Source: Thermoplasmataceae archaeon (lineage in GTDB: Archaea > Thermoplasmatota > Thermoplasmata > Thermoplasmatales > Thermoplasmataceae). Taken from it: a stretch of DNA of 64,000 nt. The translations under genes were made by a program, and so were the position numbers. The stretch covers positions 145 to 64,144 of the forward strand of contig JBBYJL010000001.1 in the NCBI GenBank assembly GCA_043196285.1. The letters are read 5' to 3'. Below the pieces are notes generated by a model, which worked only from the letters and a program-made list of their open reading frames with translations, was not told the DNA's origin and searched no databases. Of the stretch, positions 1 through 9,314 are shown one piece after another; the stretch's first letter is position 1; the number at the start of each line of letters is the position of its first letter.

Positions 1-162
1 CCTCAGATCATGCCTGTAATTCTCAATATCCTTGAGATCAAGGATATCCTTCATGCGTCTGACAAGCGATTCGTTGTAGAGGGACCATATCCTTTTATTA
101 TCCTTCTTTCCATGAACAACTGGGTTGTTGTTCTGCACAAACAACACCCATCTTATTTTCAA
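1..162 (-). mobile_element. IS-type DDE transposase, N-terminal fragment running off the window edge (IS5-like)
   Basis: The minus-strand frame is open from TTG 162 / GTG 147 to position 1. It reads (L)KIRWVLFVQNNNPVVHGKKDNKRIWSLYNESLVRRMKDILDLKDIENYRHDLR. W-x-x-YNE-x-LV-RR is the N-terminal motif I associate with IS5/ISH-type transposases. It is absent from the ORF track because the window truncates it. Confidence 0.4.
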
Positions 163-397
163 GAAGAATTATTGCATGGGTTATGCAACACAGTTATTAT
201 TCAGTGAAGCTTTTAATTCAGAGTAGTTATTTCTACCGCTTTCCCATATTTATCTCCGAATGCTTTTACGATGGATCTTAATTTTTTAAAGAATCAAATT
301 GAAATGTAAGACCAAAGAAAAATTCGATTTTTCAACGACAAAAGGAGAGCCTTGTAGAAAGAAATGTGGGCCGATTGATGAAAAGTCTAAATACGGA

Positions 398-415
398 TAA
401 CCGTATATACGGTTA
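398..415. promoter_or_regulatory. Perfect 18-bp palindrome TAACCGTATATACGGTTA next to the vapB start (candidate TA operator)
   Basis: Read directly: positions 398-415 are self-complementary, and one nucleotide separates them from ATG 417. A partial extra half-site, ATACGG, lies at 391-396. Confidence 0.35.
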
Positions 416-416
416 C

Positions 417-701
417 ATGGTTAAAACAAAAATAACTGTTTCCGTGGAGAAACAAGTAGTGGACAATGCGAAACTGGCTTTATTGAAGAAAAGGAAAACG
501 CTTAGCGCCTACATTGAAAATTCACTTCGCTCCCTCTCCACATCTGAGGTCCTAAATGACATATGCAAGGAACTTAACCTCGATTGTGGATATATTAGCG
601 GAGAGGATGTAGAGAGAGAAAGACCTGATCTCACGGGCAAAGCCCACTCAGAGACTATCGTCAGGGAAATGCGAAATGAAAGAGTCTCGCGTTTATCTTG
701 A
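417..701 (+). CDS. vapB: VapB-type antitoxin (start uncertain; the track ORF begins at GTG 366)
   Basis: Small ORF MVKTKITVSVEKQVVDNAKLALLKKRKTLSAYIENSLRSL..., compatible with a ribbon-helix-helix N-terminus. It overlaps the downstream PIN-domain gene by 26 nt, the classic TA arrangement. Confidence 0.6.
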   Translation: MVKTKITVSVEKQVVDNAKLALLKKRKTLSAYIENSLRSLSTSEVLNDICKELNLDCGYISGEDVERERPDLTGKAHSETIVREMRNERVSRLS

Positions 702-1116
702 TACCAGCATACTTACCAAGAGATACGTTAAGGAAGATAACAGCGATATAGCTGACAACTACTTTCATCAGGCTCAACATGGGGAGACGGTTATTTCCCT
801 GTCCGAGATCAACATTGGCGAGGCAGCAGTTGTTTTTGATAAGTATTCCAGAAAAATGGGTATTGACGCGAGGGCCAGGCTCCAAGCAATGCTGACTGAA
901 TTGAGAGGTCTTGAAAGATCCTCCTCGGTTGAAATATATCCTGTAAGCAGCCATATAATCCAAAATGCGATTAAGATAGTTCTTGAACAACACATATACA
1001 TCGTTGATGCAATTCAATTGGAAACCTTTATTGATTCCGGGAGCACTATATTCTGTTCTGCTGACAAAGAACTTAATGCAACAGCCAGGAAACTTGGCAT
1101 AGAAACAACTCTGTGA
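676..1116 (+). CDS. vapC: PIN-domain ribonuclease toxin VapC
   Basis: 146 aa. It has the N-terminal VYLDTSIL motif (first acidic PIN residue), later DAIQL and a C-terminal SADKEL. The size and the pairing with an upstream small ORF are typical. Confidence 0.8.
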   Translation: MKESRVYLDTSILTKRYVKEDNSDIADNYFHQAQHGETVISLSEINIGEAAVVFDKYSRKMGIDARARLQAMLTELRGLERSSSVEIYPVSSHIIQNAIKIVLEQHIYIVDAIQLETFIDSGSTIFCSADKELNATARKLGIETTL

Positions 1117-1167
1117 TGACTGCATTATCCATTCTGTTTATTTTCTGCCAGTATTATTCTCATAACC

Positions 1168-1320
1168 ATGCAGCCAAAGTATCGAAAATTGCTTCTGGAA
1201 GAGGATATGCGCATCTGGTTCGAGAACCTCAATACAAAATCAATGTTGACGGCAACGGTGGCATTGAGAAATCTTGGTCGTTACTTTTTACAAACTCCCA
1301 TTGTGAAGTTCCATTTCTAA
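1168..1320 (+). pseudogene. Truncated N-terminal stub of a tyrosine-recombinase/integrase (about 50 codons)
   Basis: This frame is not in the ORF track (<60 aa): MQPKYRKLLLEEDMRIWFENLNTKSMLTATVALRNLGRYFLQTPIVKFHF*. The W-[YF]-[ED]-N-L...S..TA.V.LR.LG.[YF] pattern matches my recollection of archaeal integrase N-termini. There is no catalytic domain because gcvT follows immediately. Confidence 0.35.
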
Positions 1321-1380
1321 AAATAGGAGAATAGAATCACTCCATTCCAGTTTGGATAAAGGGGGAGAGGGGTGTATTTC

Positions 1381-2466
1381 CTATGGAACTATTTTTGGTT
1401 TGGTAACCACCACTGGCTCCTTCTTTGATCGTATCTCTATTGATAGTTCAGTCCCTGGAGTTGAATAATTCTTTGGCACAAATCCTAGAGCTATACCTTT
1501 CTTAAGAACAGGTGAATAGCCTCCGCTCGAAATCTTGAATATTTCCTTATCCCTGTCAAACACACTGTTGCCTGATCTCGGTATTCCGGATCCTTTCATT
1601 TTCAATCCTCTGAAGATGTCTACCTGTTTTTTTCTCTTTTCTTCAAGCTCCTTCTTTCCAATATATTCTTTATTATTTGTAACTATGAATGATATTGAAC
1701 CTTCATAAGGCGTTCTATCCTCATTAAAATCTGTTCCTGATAAAAGGAATCCTTTCTCCATCCTCAGAGAATCTCTTGCTCCCAGTCCACATGGAAGTCC
1801 ACCTATCTTTTCCAGGTACTTGATGAGATCTTTCCAAATCTTTACAGCATTTTCAACGGGTATTATGAACTCCACGCCAATCTCACCAGTATAACCTGTT
1901 GATGATAATATCCCCTGCTTTGTATTGGTAAGAGAGTTTTTGTTATCTATATCAAAATATGAGAAATTGAATGAATCTGGCCTTTTAAGGTTCATATTTC
2001 TCAGAATCTGATCTGTCTGTGGTCCCTGTAGTGCTATACATGCAATTTCATCAGAATGATCTGTTATCTCACACTCAAATGATTTTTTATTCTTTATCAT
2101 CCAGTTATATATTTTATCCTTTGTTGCAGCGTTTGGTACAAGAAAATATTCATTATCTTTAATTTTATATACTATTGTATCATCAATCATATATCCATTT
2201 TCATTGAGAAAAGCTGAATAGACAGCAGTCCCATTCTTCATGGAATGTACATCTGTTGGAAGCATGCTTGAAAGATAATTTTCCGAATCAGATCCTTTGA
2301 CAGTTATGTCACCCATATGTGATACATCAAATATTCCTGCCCTTTCCCTGACACTCATATGCTCCTTTATTATTGAAGTATATTCCAGAGGCATGTCCCA
2401 GCCATGAAAGTCTATTATTTTTGCACCCAGCTCAACATGTTCACTATACAGCACAGTTCTGCTCAT
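1381..2466 (-). CDS. gcvT: Glycine cleavage system T protein (aminomethyltransferase)
   Basis: 361 aa. The N-terminus LYSEHVELGAKIIDFHGWDMPLEY...RERAGIFDVSHMG is the GcvT signature. Confidence 0.9.
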   Translation of the reverse strand: MSRTVLYSEHVELGAKIIDFHGWDMPLEYTSIIKEHMSVRERAGIFDVSHMGDITVKGSDSENYLSSMLPTDVHSMKNGTAVYSAFLNENGYMIDDTIVYKIKDNEYFLVPNAATKDKIYNWMIKNKKSFECEITDHSDEIACIALQGPQTDQILRNMNLKRPDSFNFSYFDIDNKNSLTNTKQGILSSTGYTGEIGVEFIIPVENAVKIWKDLIKYLEKIGGLPCGLGARDSLRMEKGFLLSGTDFNEDRTPYEGSISFIVTNNKEYIGKKELEEKRKKQVDIFRGLKMKGSGIPRSGNSVFDRDKEIFKISSGGYSPVLKKGIALGFVPKNYSTPGTELSIEIRSKKEPVVVTKPKIVP

Positions 2467-3095
2467 ATTCTATTCACCATATACCATTCTCTTTTTGGAG
2501 TGGAAATGTACCCCCGTCTCCCTATCATATCTAGAAAGTAGTCATGAATTCTGGAATCTCCTGTAAGCTCCGGATGAAATGTCAAACCGAGGACATTATT
2601 ATCCCTAATCATTATCGGCTGTCCGTTGTGTTTAGCAAGCACATCTACTGTCGGACCCACACTATCAATCACTGGAGCTCTAATGAATACAGCCTCAAAA
2701 TTCCCTATTCCTTCAATATTAACGTTTTCTACAAAAGAGTCACCCTGTCTTCCGTATCCGTTTCTCCTTATCTTTGCATCAATAAGGTTCATAGACTTCA
2801 GCCTTTCTGCAGGATTGTCCCTTGCGATAATTATGAGGCCTGCACACGTTCCCATCACAGGCATGCCATTCCTTACTCTGTTGATTATGACATCAAAGAG
2901 GTCTGCTTCCTTGAGAAGCCTGTAAATTGTAGTACTCTCGCCACCTGGAATGATAAGGCCGGAGATATTGAGAAGGCCCTTCCTGTTCCTTAGAGGAACC
3001 ACATCAATGTCGCGCTTGTATTGCGCCGACATCCTCTCAAGGATAGCCGCGTGTTCAGCGACATCTCCCTGATATCCTACAATTCCAATTCTCAC
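2463..3095 (-). CDS. pdxT: Pyridoxal 5'-phosphate synthase glutaminase subunit PdxT
   Basis: 210 aa with MRIGIVGYQGDVAEH, IIPGGESTT and a GTCAG catalytic Cys motif (SNO/PdxT amidotransferase). It overlaps gcvT by 4 nt. Confidence 0.9.
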   Translation of the reverse strand: MRIGIVGYQGDVAEHAAILERMSAQYKRDIDVVPLRNRKGLLNISGLIIPGGESTTIYRLLKEADLFDVIINRVRNGMPVMGTCAGLIIIARDNPAERLKSMNLIDAKIRRNGYGRQGDSFVENVNIEGIGNFEAVFIRAPVIDSVGPTVDVLAKHNGQPIMIRDNNVLGLTFHPELTGDSRIHDYFLDMIGRRGYISTPKREWYMVNRI

Positions 3096-3153
3096 AAATC
3101 AATATACCAAAAATAAAGATAAGACTTGTCATATGTAGTAAAAGGGTGGTTCA

Positions 3154-4029
3154 TTGGAAAATGATCACAGGTACTACAGCCGGGAGTCCCACGTTAAGGG
3201 GGTCTCGGGCGATTATGAAGGCGCTCTCAGATCAATAGAGACTGCAATTCAGCTGAATCCAGAATTGATGAGTTACAGGTACGAGAAGATCAAGCTTCTT
3301 GAAAAAATGGATAGATATGATGAAATCGTAAGAGAATGTGATTCTGTGATACAGAATCTGCCGAAGGACATTGAGTTCAGGATGATAAAATTCGAAGCCC
3401 TGAAAAAGATGGAAATGTACAACGAGGCCTTGGGGGTGCTGGACGAGATCACTGGAATTGATCCATATGACCCACAGTATTCCTGGACCAGGGCAAGGTT
3501 CCTTGGTGAATTTGAACAGCGGCAGGAAGCCCTGATAGAACTGAACAGGCTGATTTCACTTGATCCGGAAAACCCTGAATACAGGGTCGGCAGGGCCGAG
3601 CTCCTCATTGAGATGGACGAACTTGATAGAGCACTTGCTGATTATGATGAGGCAATCCGGCTCTCTGAGAATAACATTCAGGTCATGTTCCAGAAGGCAC
3701 TTCTGCTTGAGCAGATGGATATGCCAGAAGATGCCGGAAGAATCTATGAGCGGATCATTCAAGCAAGACCACATGAAATTCCTTCTTATCAGGCATATGC
3801 TGACCATCTTGAGGCAAGGAAGAATTACCATAAGGCGGTCGAGATGTACAATATGATGATCGATCTTGATCCTGTAAAATCTGATCTATACCTTGAGAGA
3901 GGATCTCTGCTGGAAGAACTTGGAATGATAGAGGAAGCCATTCGGGATTATTCCATATATCTGCAGGGCAATAGGCACAACAGGTCGATTGCTGACAGAA
4001 TTGAGAGACTCAAAAAACTGAAGACTTAA
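3154..4029 (+). CDS. Tetratricopeptide (TPR) repeat protein
   Basis: 291 aa of serial ~34-aa repeats with A..Y/D.A..L.P patterns (ALRSIETAIQLNPE, ALADYDEAIRLSEN, AVEMYNMMIDLDP, AIRDYSIYL). Confidence 0.8.
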   Translation: MENDHRYYSRESHVKGVSGDYEGALRSIETAIQLNPELMSYRYEKIKLLEKMDRYDEIVRECDSVIQNLPKDIEFRMIKFEALKKMEMYNEALGVLDEITGIDPYDPQYSWTRARFLGEFEQRQEALIELNRLISLDPENPEYRVGRAELLIEMDELDRALADYDEAIRLSENNIQVMFQKALLLEQMDMPEDAGRIYERIIQARPHEIPSYQAYADHLEARKNYHKAVEMYNMMIDLDPVKSDLYLERGSLLEELGMIEEAIRDYSIYLQGNRHNRSIADRIERLKKLKT

Positions 4030-4032
4030 TTT

Positions 4033-6150
4033 TCACCTGTATCCACTGATTATTGCGGAACCAGATGGAGGAATGGTGATCACATTCCATTCCATCTTTA
4101 TTGGAAATCTTGGTAGATGATCTTTCTCAGAATCTATTAATATTTCTCTGTAAATCCACGAACTGGGGGTTTTGAACTCAACAGGAACTTTACTGGGGTT
4201 GAAGAGAAGAAGAAGATCATGCGCACTATTTTCAGGGGGCACATTTTTTTGGTCGTCTGGTGCAGTGAATGGTAGTAGGACCGCGAAAGCTGACGTCCTG
4301 TGTGAGATCCAGTCTTCCAGGGACAATTCATTACCGTCTGGTCTGAGCCATATTACGTCCTTTATTCCATACTGATCATCAATAGTTCCTTGGAAAAAGT
4401 CCTTGCGGCGCAGCAAATGATTCTTTTGCCTAAGGTTAAGAGCAAGCTTTGTAAAGGAGAGAAAGTTCTGAGCCCTCTGATCCAGGTCCCAGTTGTACCA
4501 GCTCACCTCATTGTCTTGGCAGTAGGCATTGTTGTTGCCTAAACTGGTCCTCATTATTTCGTCGCCACCAAGTAACATAGGGACTCCTTGTGAGGAAATT
4601 AGCGTGATGATCATACTCCTCATCCTCCGGCTTCTCATCTCCGAGATCTCAGGATCATCAGTAGGCCCTTCCACACCGAGATTATCGCTGATTTCATCGT
4701 TGTTGCCGTCCTGGTTGTTCTCGAGATTTGCCTCATTGTGTTTCATTGTATAGGAAACCAGATCATTTAGCGTGAATCCGTCATGGGATGTCACATAGTT
4801 AATGCTTGCATGTGGTGTCTTCCCCACGGGACTATAAAGATCGGGGGATCCGGAAATTCTTGTCGCAAACTCCCCGATCCCATCACCACGGTTCCAGTAT
4901 TTTCTCACTGAGTCCCTGTATTTCCCGTTCCATTCAGCCCAAAGCAGTGGAAACTGTCCTATCTGGTAGCCTCCAGGCCCAAGATCCCAAGGTTCCGCGA
5001 TAAGTTTGACCCTGGAAATCAGAGGGTCCTGGTGAATGATCTCAAAGAAGGAGGATAGCCTGTCGACCTCCTGTAGCTGCCTTGTCAGAGTGGCGGCAAG
5101 ATCAAACCTGAAACCGTCAACATGCATCTCCTGTATCCAGTATCTCAAACTATCCATTATTAGCTGAAGAACCTGCGGATGCCTTGCGTTCATGCTGTTC
5201 CCCGTCCCGGTAAAATCCACATATCTTCTAGGATTTGACTGATCGAGGCGGTAATATGTTGTATTATCTATGCCCCTGAACGATATGGTCGGGCCCATCT
5301 CATTACCTTCGCCAGTATGGTTGTAGACGACATCCAGTATCACCTCAATGTCGTTCTCGTGCAGCTTCCTGACCATCTCCTTGAAATCCCGGATCTGGGC
5401 GCCTGGGAATTTTAGTGAACTGTACCTGCTGTCCGGGGAGAAATATCCTATGGTGTTATACCCCCAATAGTTGGAGAGATTATTGGACACAAGGTGGAAT
5501 GAATCGACCTTGTGGTGAATCGGCATCAGCTCAACCGCGGTTATCCCAAGATCCTTGAGGTACGAGATCATTGTATCTGAAGCCAGTCCGGAATATGTGC
5601 CGCGCAGATCCTGTGGTACATCAGGTTTAGTGTGGGTGATTCCCTTAACGTGGGTCTCATAGATGACGGTCTCGTTCCAAGGATGTCTAGGTTGCTCGTC
5701 ACCCTTCCAGTCGAAGGAGTCCGAGGCTACCACACACTTGGGCATGAATTCGGCATTATCCTTTGTGCTAAAGGAGAGATCATTGGAGGGGTGACCAAGA
5801 TCGTAGGCGAATATTGTATCATTCCATATGATTGGGCCAGTGATAGCCCTCGCATAGGGATCAAGAAGGAGCTTGTTCCTGTTGAACCTAAAACCAAGAT
5901 CTGGTGCATATGGGCCGTCAACCCTGTATCCGTACAGTTCCCCTTCCTTGAGGCCGCTCACAAAGGTATGCCAAACAAAATTTGTTCTCTCGGTTAGCGG
6001 TATGGTCTCTCTTGGTGTACTGTCTCCGGCTTTACCATAAATTTCCAGAGTCACAGAAGCAGCATTTTCTGAATAAATCGCAAAGTTGACGCCGTCCGGA
6101 TAAACCGTGGATCCTAGGGGATAAGGCAGATTCCTGTCAGCTTTTACCAT
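4033..6150 (-). CDS. glgX: Glycogen debranching enzyme (GlgX/TreX, GH13)
   Basis: 705 aa. It has the N-terminal YPLGSTVYPDGVNFAIYSENA and GH13 regions VILDVVYNHT, VDGFRFDLA, AEPWD and YVTSHDGFTL. Confidence 0.9.
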   Translation of the reverse strand: MVKADRNLPYPLGSTVYPDGVNFAIYSENAASVTLEIYGKAGDSTPRETIPLTERTNFVWHTFVSGLKEGELYGYRVDGPYAPDLGFRFNRNKLLLDPYARAITGPIIWNDTIFAYDLGHPSNDLSFSTKDNAEFMPKCVVASDSFDWKGDEQPRHPWNETVIYETHVKGITHTKPDVPQDLRGTYSGLASDTMISYLKDLGITAVELMPIHHKVDSFHLVSNNLSNYWGYNTIGYFSPDSRYSSLKFPGAQIRDFKEMVRKLHENDIEVILDVVYNHTGEGNEMGPTISFRGIDNTTYYRLDQSNPRRYVDFTGTGNSMNARHPQVLQLIMDSLRYWIQEMHVDGFRFDLAATLTRQLQEVDRLSSFFEIIHQDPLISRVKLIAEPWDLGPGGYQIGQFPLLWAEWNGKYRDSVRKYWNRGDGIGEFATRISGSPDLYSPVGKTPHASINYVTSHDGFTLNDLVSYTMKHNEANLENNQDGNNDEISDNLGVEGPTDDPEISEMRSRRMRSMIITLISSQGVPMLLGGDEIMRTSLGNNNAYCQDNEVSWYNWDLDQRAQNFLSFTKLALNLRQKNHLLRRKDFFQGTIDDQYGIKDVIWLRPDGNELSLEDWISHRTSAFAVLLPFTAPDDQKNVPPENSAHDLLLLFNPSKVPVEFKTPSSWIYREILIDSEKDHLPRFPIKMEWNVITIPPSGSAIISGYR

Positions 6151-6181
6151 TTTTCTTTCTTATTTGCAGTAAATCCTCTAT

Positions 6182-7519
6182 CTATCTTAAAGTTTTCAGG
6201 AGGTATTTCATAGGGATGTCTGCCCAATCCGGACGATTGTTCAGTTCATAAACAAGTTCGTAAAGCGCCTTCTCAACAATGAAGTATCCAAGAAGGGCAT
6301 TGAAGGTCTCTCTTCTCCGATTGATGAAAATCCCTTTTCGGGAATATCTGAGGTATGTCTCCAGGAAATGTTCCTGCAGATCTCTGGAGAGATCCTCGGT
6401 CTCATTATCAGAAATATGGGCAACATTTGCAGTCTTAAATGAAAAGTTCACAGCGTAGTCCAACGATCGCAACATTCCCGCAACATCCTTTTCAGGAAAC
6501 CACTTCTCATTTCTCTCCTGCATGGTTCTGGAGGGCTCCCCCTCGAAATCTATCACATACAAAAATTCCCCAGCCTGCAGAATCTGTCCTAGATGGTAAT
6601 CGCCATGAATCCTGATCTTCAGCTCATCGTCAATATCCGTGGGAACTCCTACCCGTGAAGAGGCAAGCTGATCCGACAGTTTCGCCGCTAGTGATGAATT
6701 TCTGCTGCCGGTATGATGTGCCATTTTTGTCACTTCCAGAGCATCATTCTGAAGTTTCCGGATTCGGTCAACAACCTTGCCGTGATCAAGAGTATCAGGT
6801 GCCACCGGAATAAAATCAGGCATGTCTATGCTGGAAAGTGAAAGATGAAGATCAGCGGTCAGTTTTCCAAGTTGTTCGGCAAGAGACCTGCAGGCCATTA
6901 GTGCAGGTGCATCTCCGCCATGACTGGTGAGGTATGTTTTCAGCATCCCGGTCATCACACTCCAGCAATCCCTTGAACCCGGTATGAATTGAAACAGGGA
7001 CATAAGATCCCTCCTGGAGCCTTCCTTGGACAGCGTACAGATACCAACAGGAGCAGGAGTATGTATGAAATTTTTCTTAACGAGTTGTAACGGTACAGCG
7101 TAATCAGGGTTTTGACCTTCCTTTGAATTCCTGTATATCTTCAGAATATACCTGTCATCGATGATGACAGAGGTATTGCTCTGCTCGGTATTTACCGGTC
7201 TTATCGTTCCGATTCGTTCGGGATCAAGATTCTCATTACCGACCTCCGAGGCCTGAAAAGATAATGATGTACCATGATCATTCACGATCTCAGAGTTCGC
7301 GAATCCATGCATAAGAAACCTGAGGAATCCTGGATCATTCGTCGCTTCTGTAATGCCGAAAATATGGCCCTGAGACTCAAGACCCCTCAGGGCAGCCATA
7401 CCATAATCTCGATCAGTTTCTGGGACTTCACGAAAAACGGTGAAATATGTGGCTTCTCCAGAAGGTGTGAGGTCAACACGGAAAATCACGAAGTAATATC
7501 CAGTAGTTCCCGAATCCAT
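6182..7519 (-). CDS. mak: Maltokinase (Mak/Pep2). Coordinates are the ATG-bounded ORF; homology continues upstream to about 7657 (see finding).
   Basis: 445 aa with kinase motifs IHGDYHLGQIL and VIDFEGEP (aminoglycoside-phosphotransferase fold, as in Pep2). It sits between treS and glgX. Confidence 0.8.
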   Translation of the reverse strand: MDSGTTGYYFVIFRVDLTPSGEATYFTVFREVPETDRDYGMAALRGLESQGHIFGITEATNDPGFLRFLMHGFANSEIVNDHGTSLSFQASEVGNENLDPERIGTIRPVNTEQSNTSVIIDDRYILKIYRNSKEGQNPDYAVPLQLVKKNFIHTPAPVGICTLSKEGSRRDLMSLFQFIPGSRDCWSVMTGMLKTYLTSHGGDAPALMACRSLAEQLGKLTADLHLSLSSIDMPDFIPVAPDTLDHGKVVDRIRKLQNDALEVTKMAHHTGSRNSSLAAKLSDQLASSRVGVPTDIDDELKIRIHGDYHLGQILQAGEFLYVIDFEGEPSRTMQERNEKWFPEKDVAGMLRSLDYAVNFSFKTANVAHISDNETEDLSRDLQEHFLETYLRYSRKGIFINRRRETFNALLGYFIVEKALYELVYELNNRPDWADIPMKYLLKTLR

Positions 7520-7652
7520 GACTAAAAGATCAGTGACATTGATATTTCTGATAGAAAATGCCTTTGAGGCGAACCATCGTTTGCCTGACAGATATCCATA
7601 CAGCCCACTTTCAATCTGTTTTGCAAGACCTGGATCTGCGGAACCGTTGATC

Positions 7653-9314
7653 TCAATCGTCCTCCTTGAAGTCGTTCTCTATTAGGCTAAGCCAAAAGAA
7701 GCTTCTGGGGGGCATGGTAAAGAAATATGGCAGATCCCCTATTGCCGGGAATTTTGAATCAGTGATTGCCTCAACGGGCCTGAGTCCCTTGAACCTGGAA
7801 AGATCAAGTTCAACGAAGGTGGGTCTTCTTGAAAGATTGAATATGCAGAGCATGTTCCTGCCGTCTATGGCTCTTATGTATGCAAGGATTCTCCTGTTCT
7901 TGTGCTGAAGGAACTCCACATCTCCACGCCCCAGAATGTCTGAAAACTTCGACCGGACTCTTATCATCTTCTTGACCCAGTTCAGAAGCGAGGTAGGTAG
8001 GCGGAGTTCAGATTCAACATTCACCACTTCGTAATGGTAGTTCGGATTCATTATGAGAGGGCTGTAAAGCTGTTCGGTATCTGCGGTGGAGAACCCGGCA
8101 TTCCGGTCGAAGGACCATTGCATGGGGGTCCTGACGCCATTTCTGTCACCAAGGTAAATGTTATCACCCATTCCCAGCTCATCACCATAATATAATATGG
8201 GGGTTCCAGGGAGAGATAGAAGAAGCGCATGGAGAAGTTCAATGGTCGGTCGGTCATTATCTACCAGCGGTGCAAGTCTTCTTCTGATCCCAAGATTCAG
8301 ACGCATCTTTGGCAACCGAGCATATTCGTTGTACATTATGTCGCGTTCCTCATCAGTTACCATCTCAAGCGTGAGCTCATCGTGATTTCTCAGGAAGATG
8401 CCCCAGTCGCATGTCGGCGGAATTGGTAGGGTCTGGTTGATTATGTTCACTATTGGTGCTGCAGATTCAGTAGCCAGCGCAATAAATATCCTTGGCATCA
8501 GGGGAAAGTTAAACGCCATGTGGAATTCATCTTCGTTTCCGAAGTAGGCCTTCGCGTCAGTTGGCCATTGATTTGCCTCGGCAAGCAGTATAGCTCCAGG
8601 GAATTCAGTATCAATGAGTCTCCTCAGTTCCTTGAAGTAGGCATGGGTTTCAGGAAGGTTTTCACATGAAGTCCCTTCTCGTTCGAAAAGATAGGGAACG
8701 GCATCACAACGGAACCCGTCGAGGCCAAGATCCAGCCAGAACCTTACAACATTCTTTATTTCTTCGCGTACCTCCGGGTTGTCATAATTTAGATCGGGTT
8801 GGTGGCTGTAGAATCTGTGCCAGTAATACTGTTTTGTTCTTGGCTCCCACGCCCAGTTTGAGATTTCCGTATCGGAAAAGATAATCCTTACTCCCTTGTA
8901 TTTCGTATCGTCATCAGACCATACGAACCAGTCCCGTTTGGGATTATCCTTCCCTTTCAATGCCTCTTTGAACCAGGGACTCTGATCCGATACGTGGTTC
9001 AGGACAAGATCCGCGATAACCCTTATGTTTCTGGCATGGGCTTCCCTGATGAACGTTTTGAAATCCTCTATTGTGCCATAGTCTGGCAAGATGGAATAGA
9101 AATCAGATATGTCGTAACCATCATCCTTCAGAGGGGATTTGTAGAAAGGAAGGAGCCATATCCCGTTTATTCCCAAATCTTTCAGATAATCTAGTTTTTT
9201 TGTTATTCCAGCAAAATCCCCAATTCCGTCGCCGTTAGAATCATAGAACGATTTGACGGGGACCTCATAGAAAATAGCATCCCTGTACCAGAGCTTGCTG
9301 TTATCAAGTGGCAT
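7653..9314 (-). CDS. treS: Trehalose synthase (maltose alpha-D-glucosyltransferase)
   Basis: 553 aa with WYRDAIFYEV, GDGIGDF, DDGYDISDFY, LNHVSDQSPWF, GFRCDAVPYL, LAEANQWP and FLRNHDELTLE. Confidence 0.9.
   Translation of the reverse strand: MPLDNSKLWYRDAIFYEVPVKSFYDSNGDGIGDFAGITKKLDYLKDLGINGIWLLPFYKSPLKDDGYDISDFYSILPDYGTIEDFKTFIREAHARNIRVIADLVLNHVSDQSPWFKEALKGKDNPKRDWFVWSDDDTKYKGVRIIFSDTEISNWAWEPRTKQYYWHRFYSHQPDLNYDNPEVREEIKNVVRFWLDLGLDGFRCDAVPYLFEREGTSCENLPETHAYFKELRRLIDTEFPGAILLAEANQWPTDAKAYFGNEDEFHMAFNFPLMPRIFIALATESAAPIVNIINQTLPIPPTCDWGIFLRNHDELTLEMVTDEERDIMYNEYARLPKMRLNLGIRRRLAPLVDNDRPTIELLHALLLSLPGTPILYYGDELGMGDNIYLGDRNGVRTPMQWSFDRNAGFSTADTEQLYSPLIMNPNYHYEVVNVESELRLPTSLLNWVKKMIRVRSKFSDILGRGDVEFLQHKNRRILAYIRAIDGRNMLCIFNLSRRPTFVELDLSRFKGLRPVEAITDSKFPAIGDLPYFFTMPPRSFFWLSLIENDFKEDD

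Noticed and set aside
1113-1334. A 73-aa track ORF (MMTALSILFIFCQYYSH...).
   Set aside because: A different frame of the same DNA (1168-1320) gives an integrase-like N-terminus, which explains the region better. The 73-aa frame has no features.
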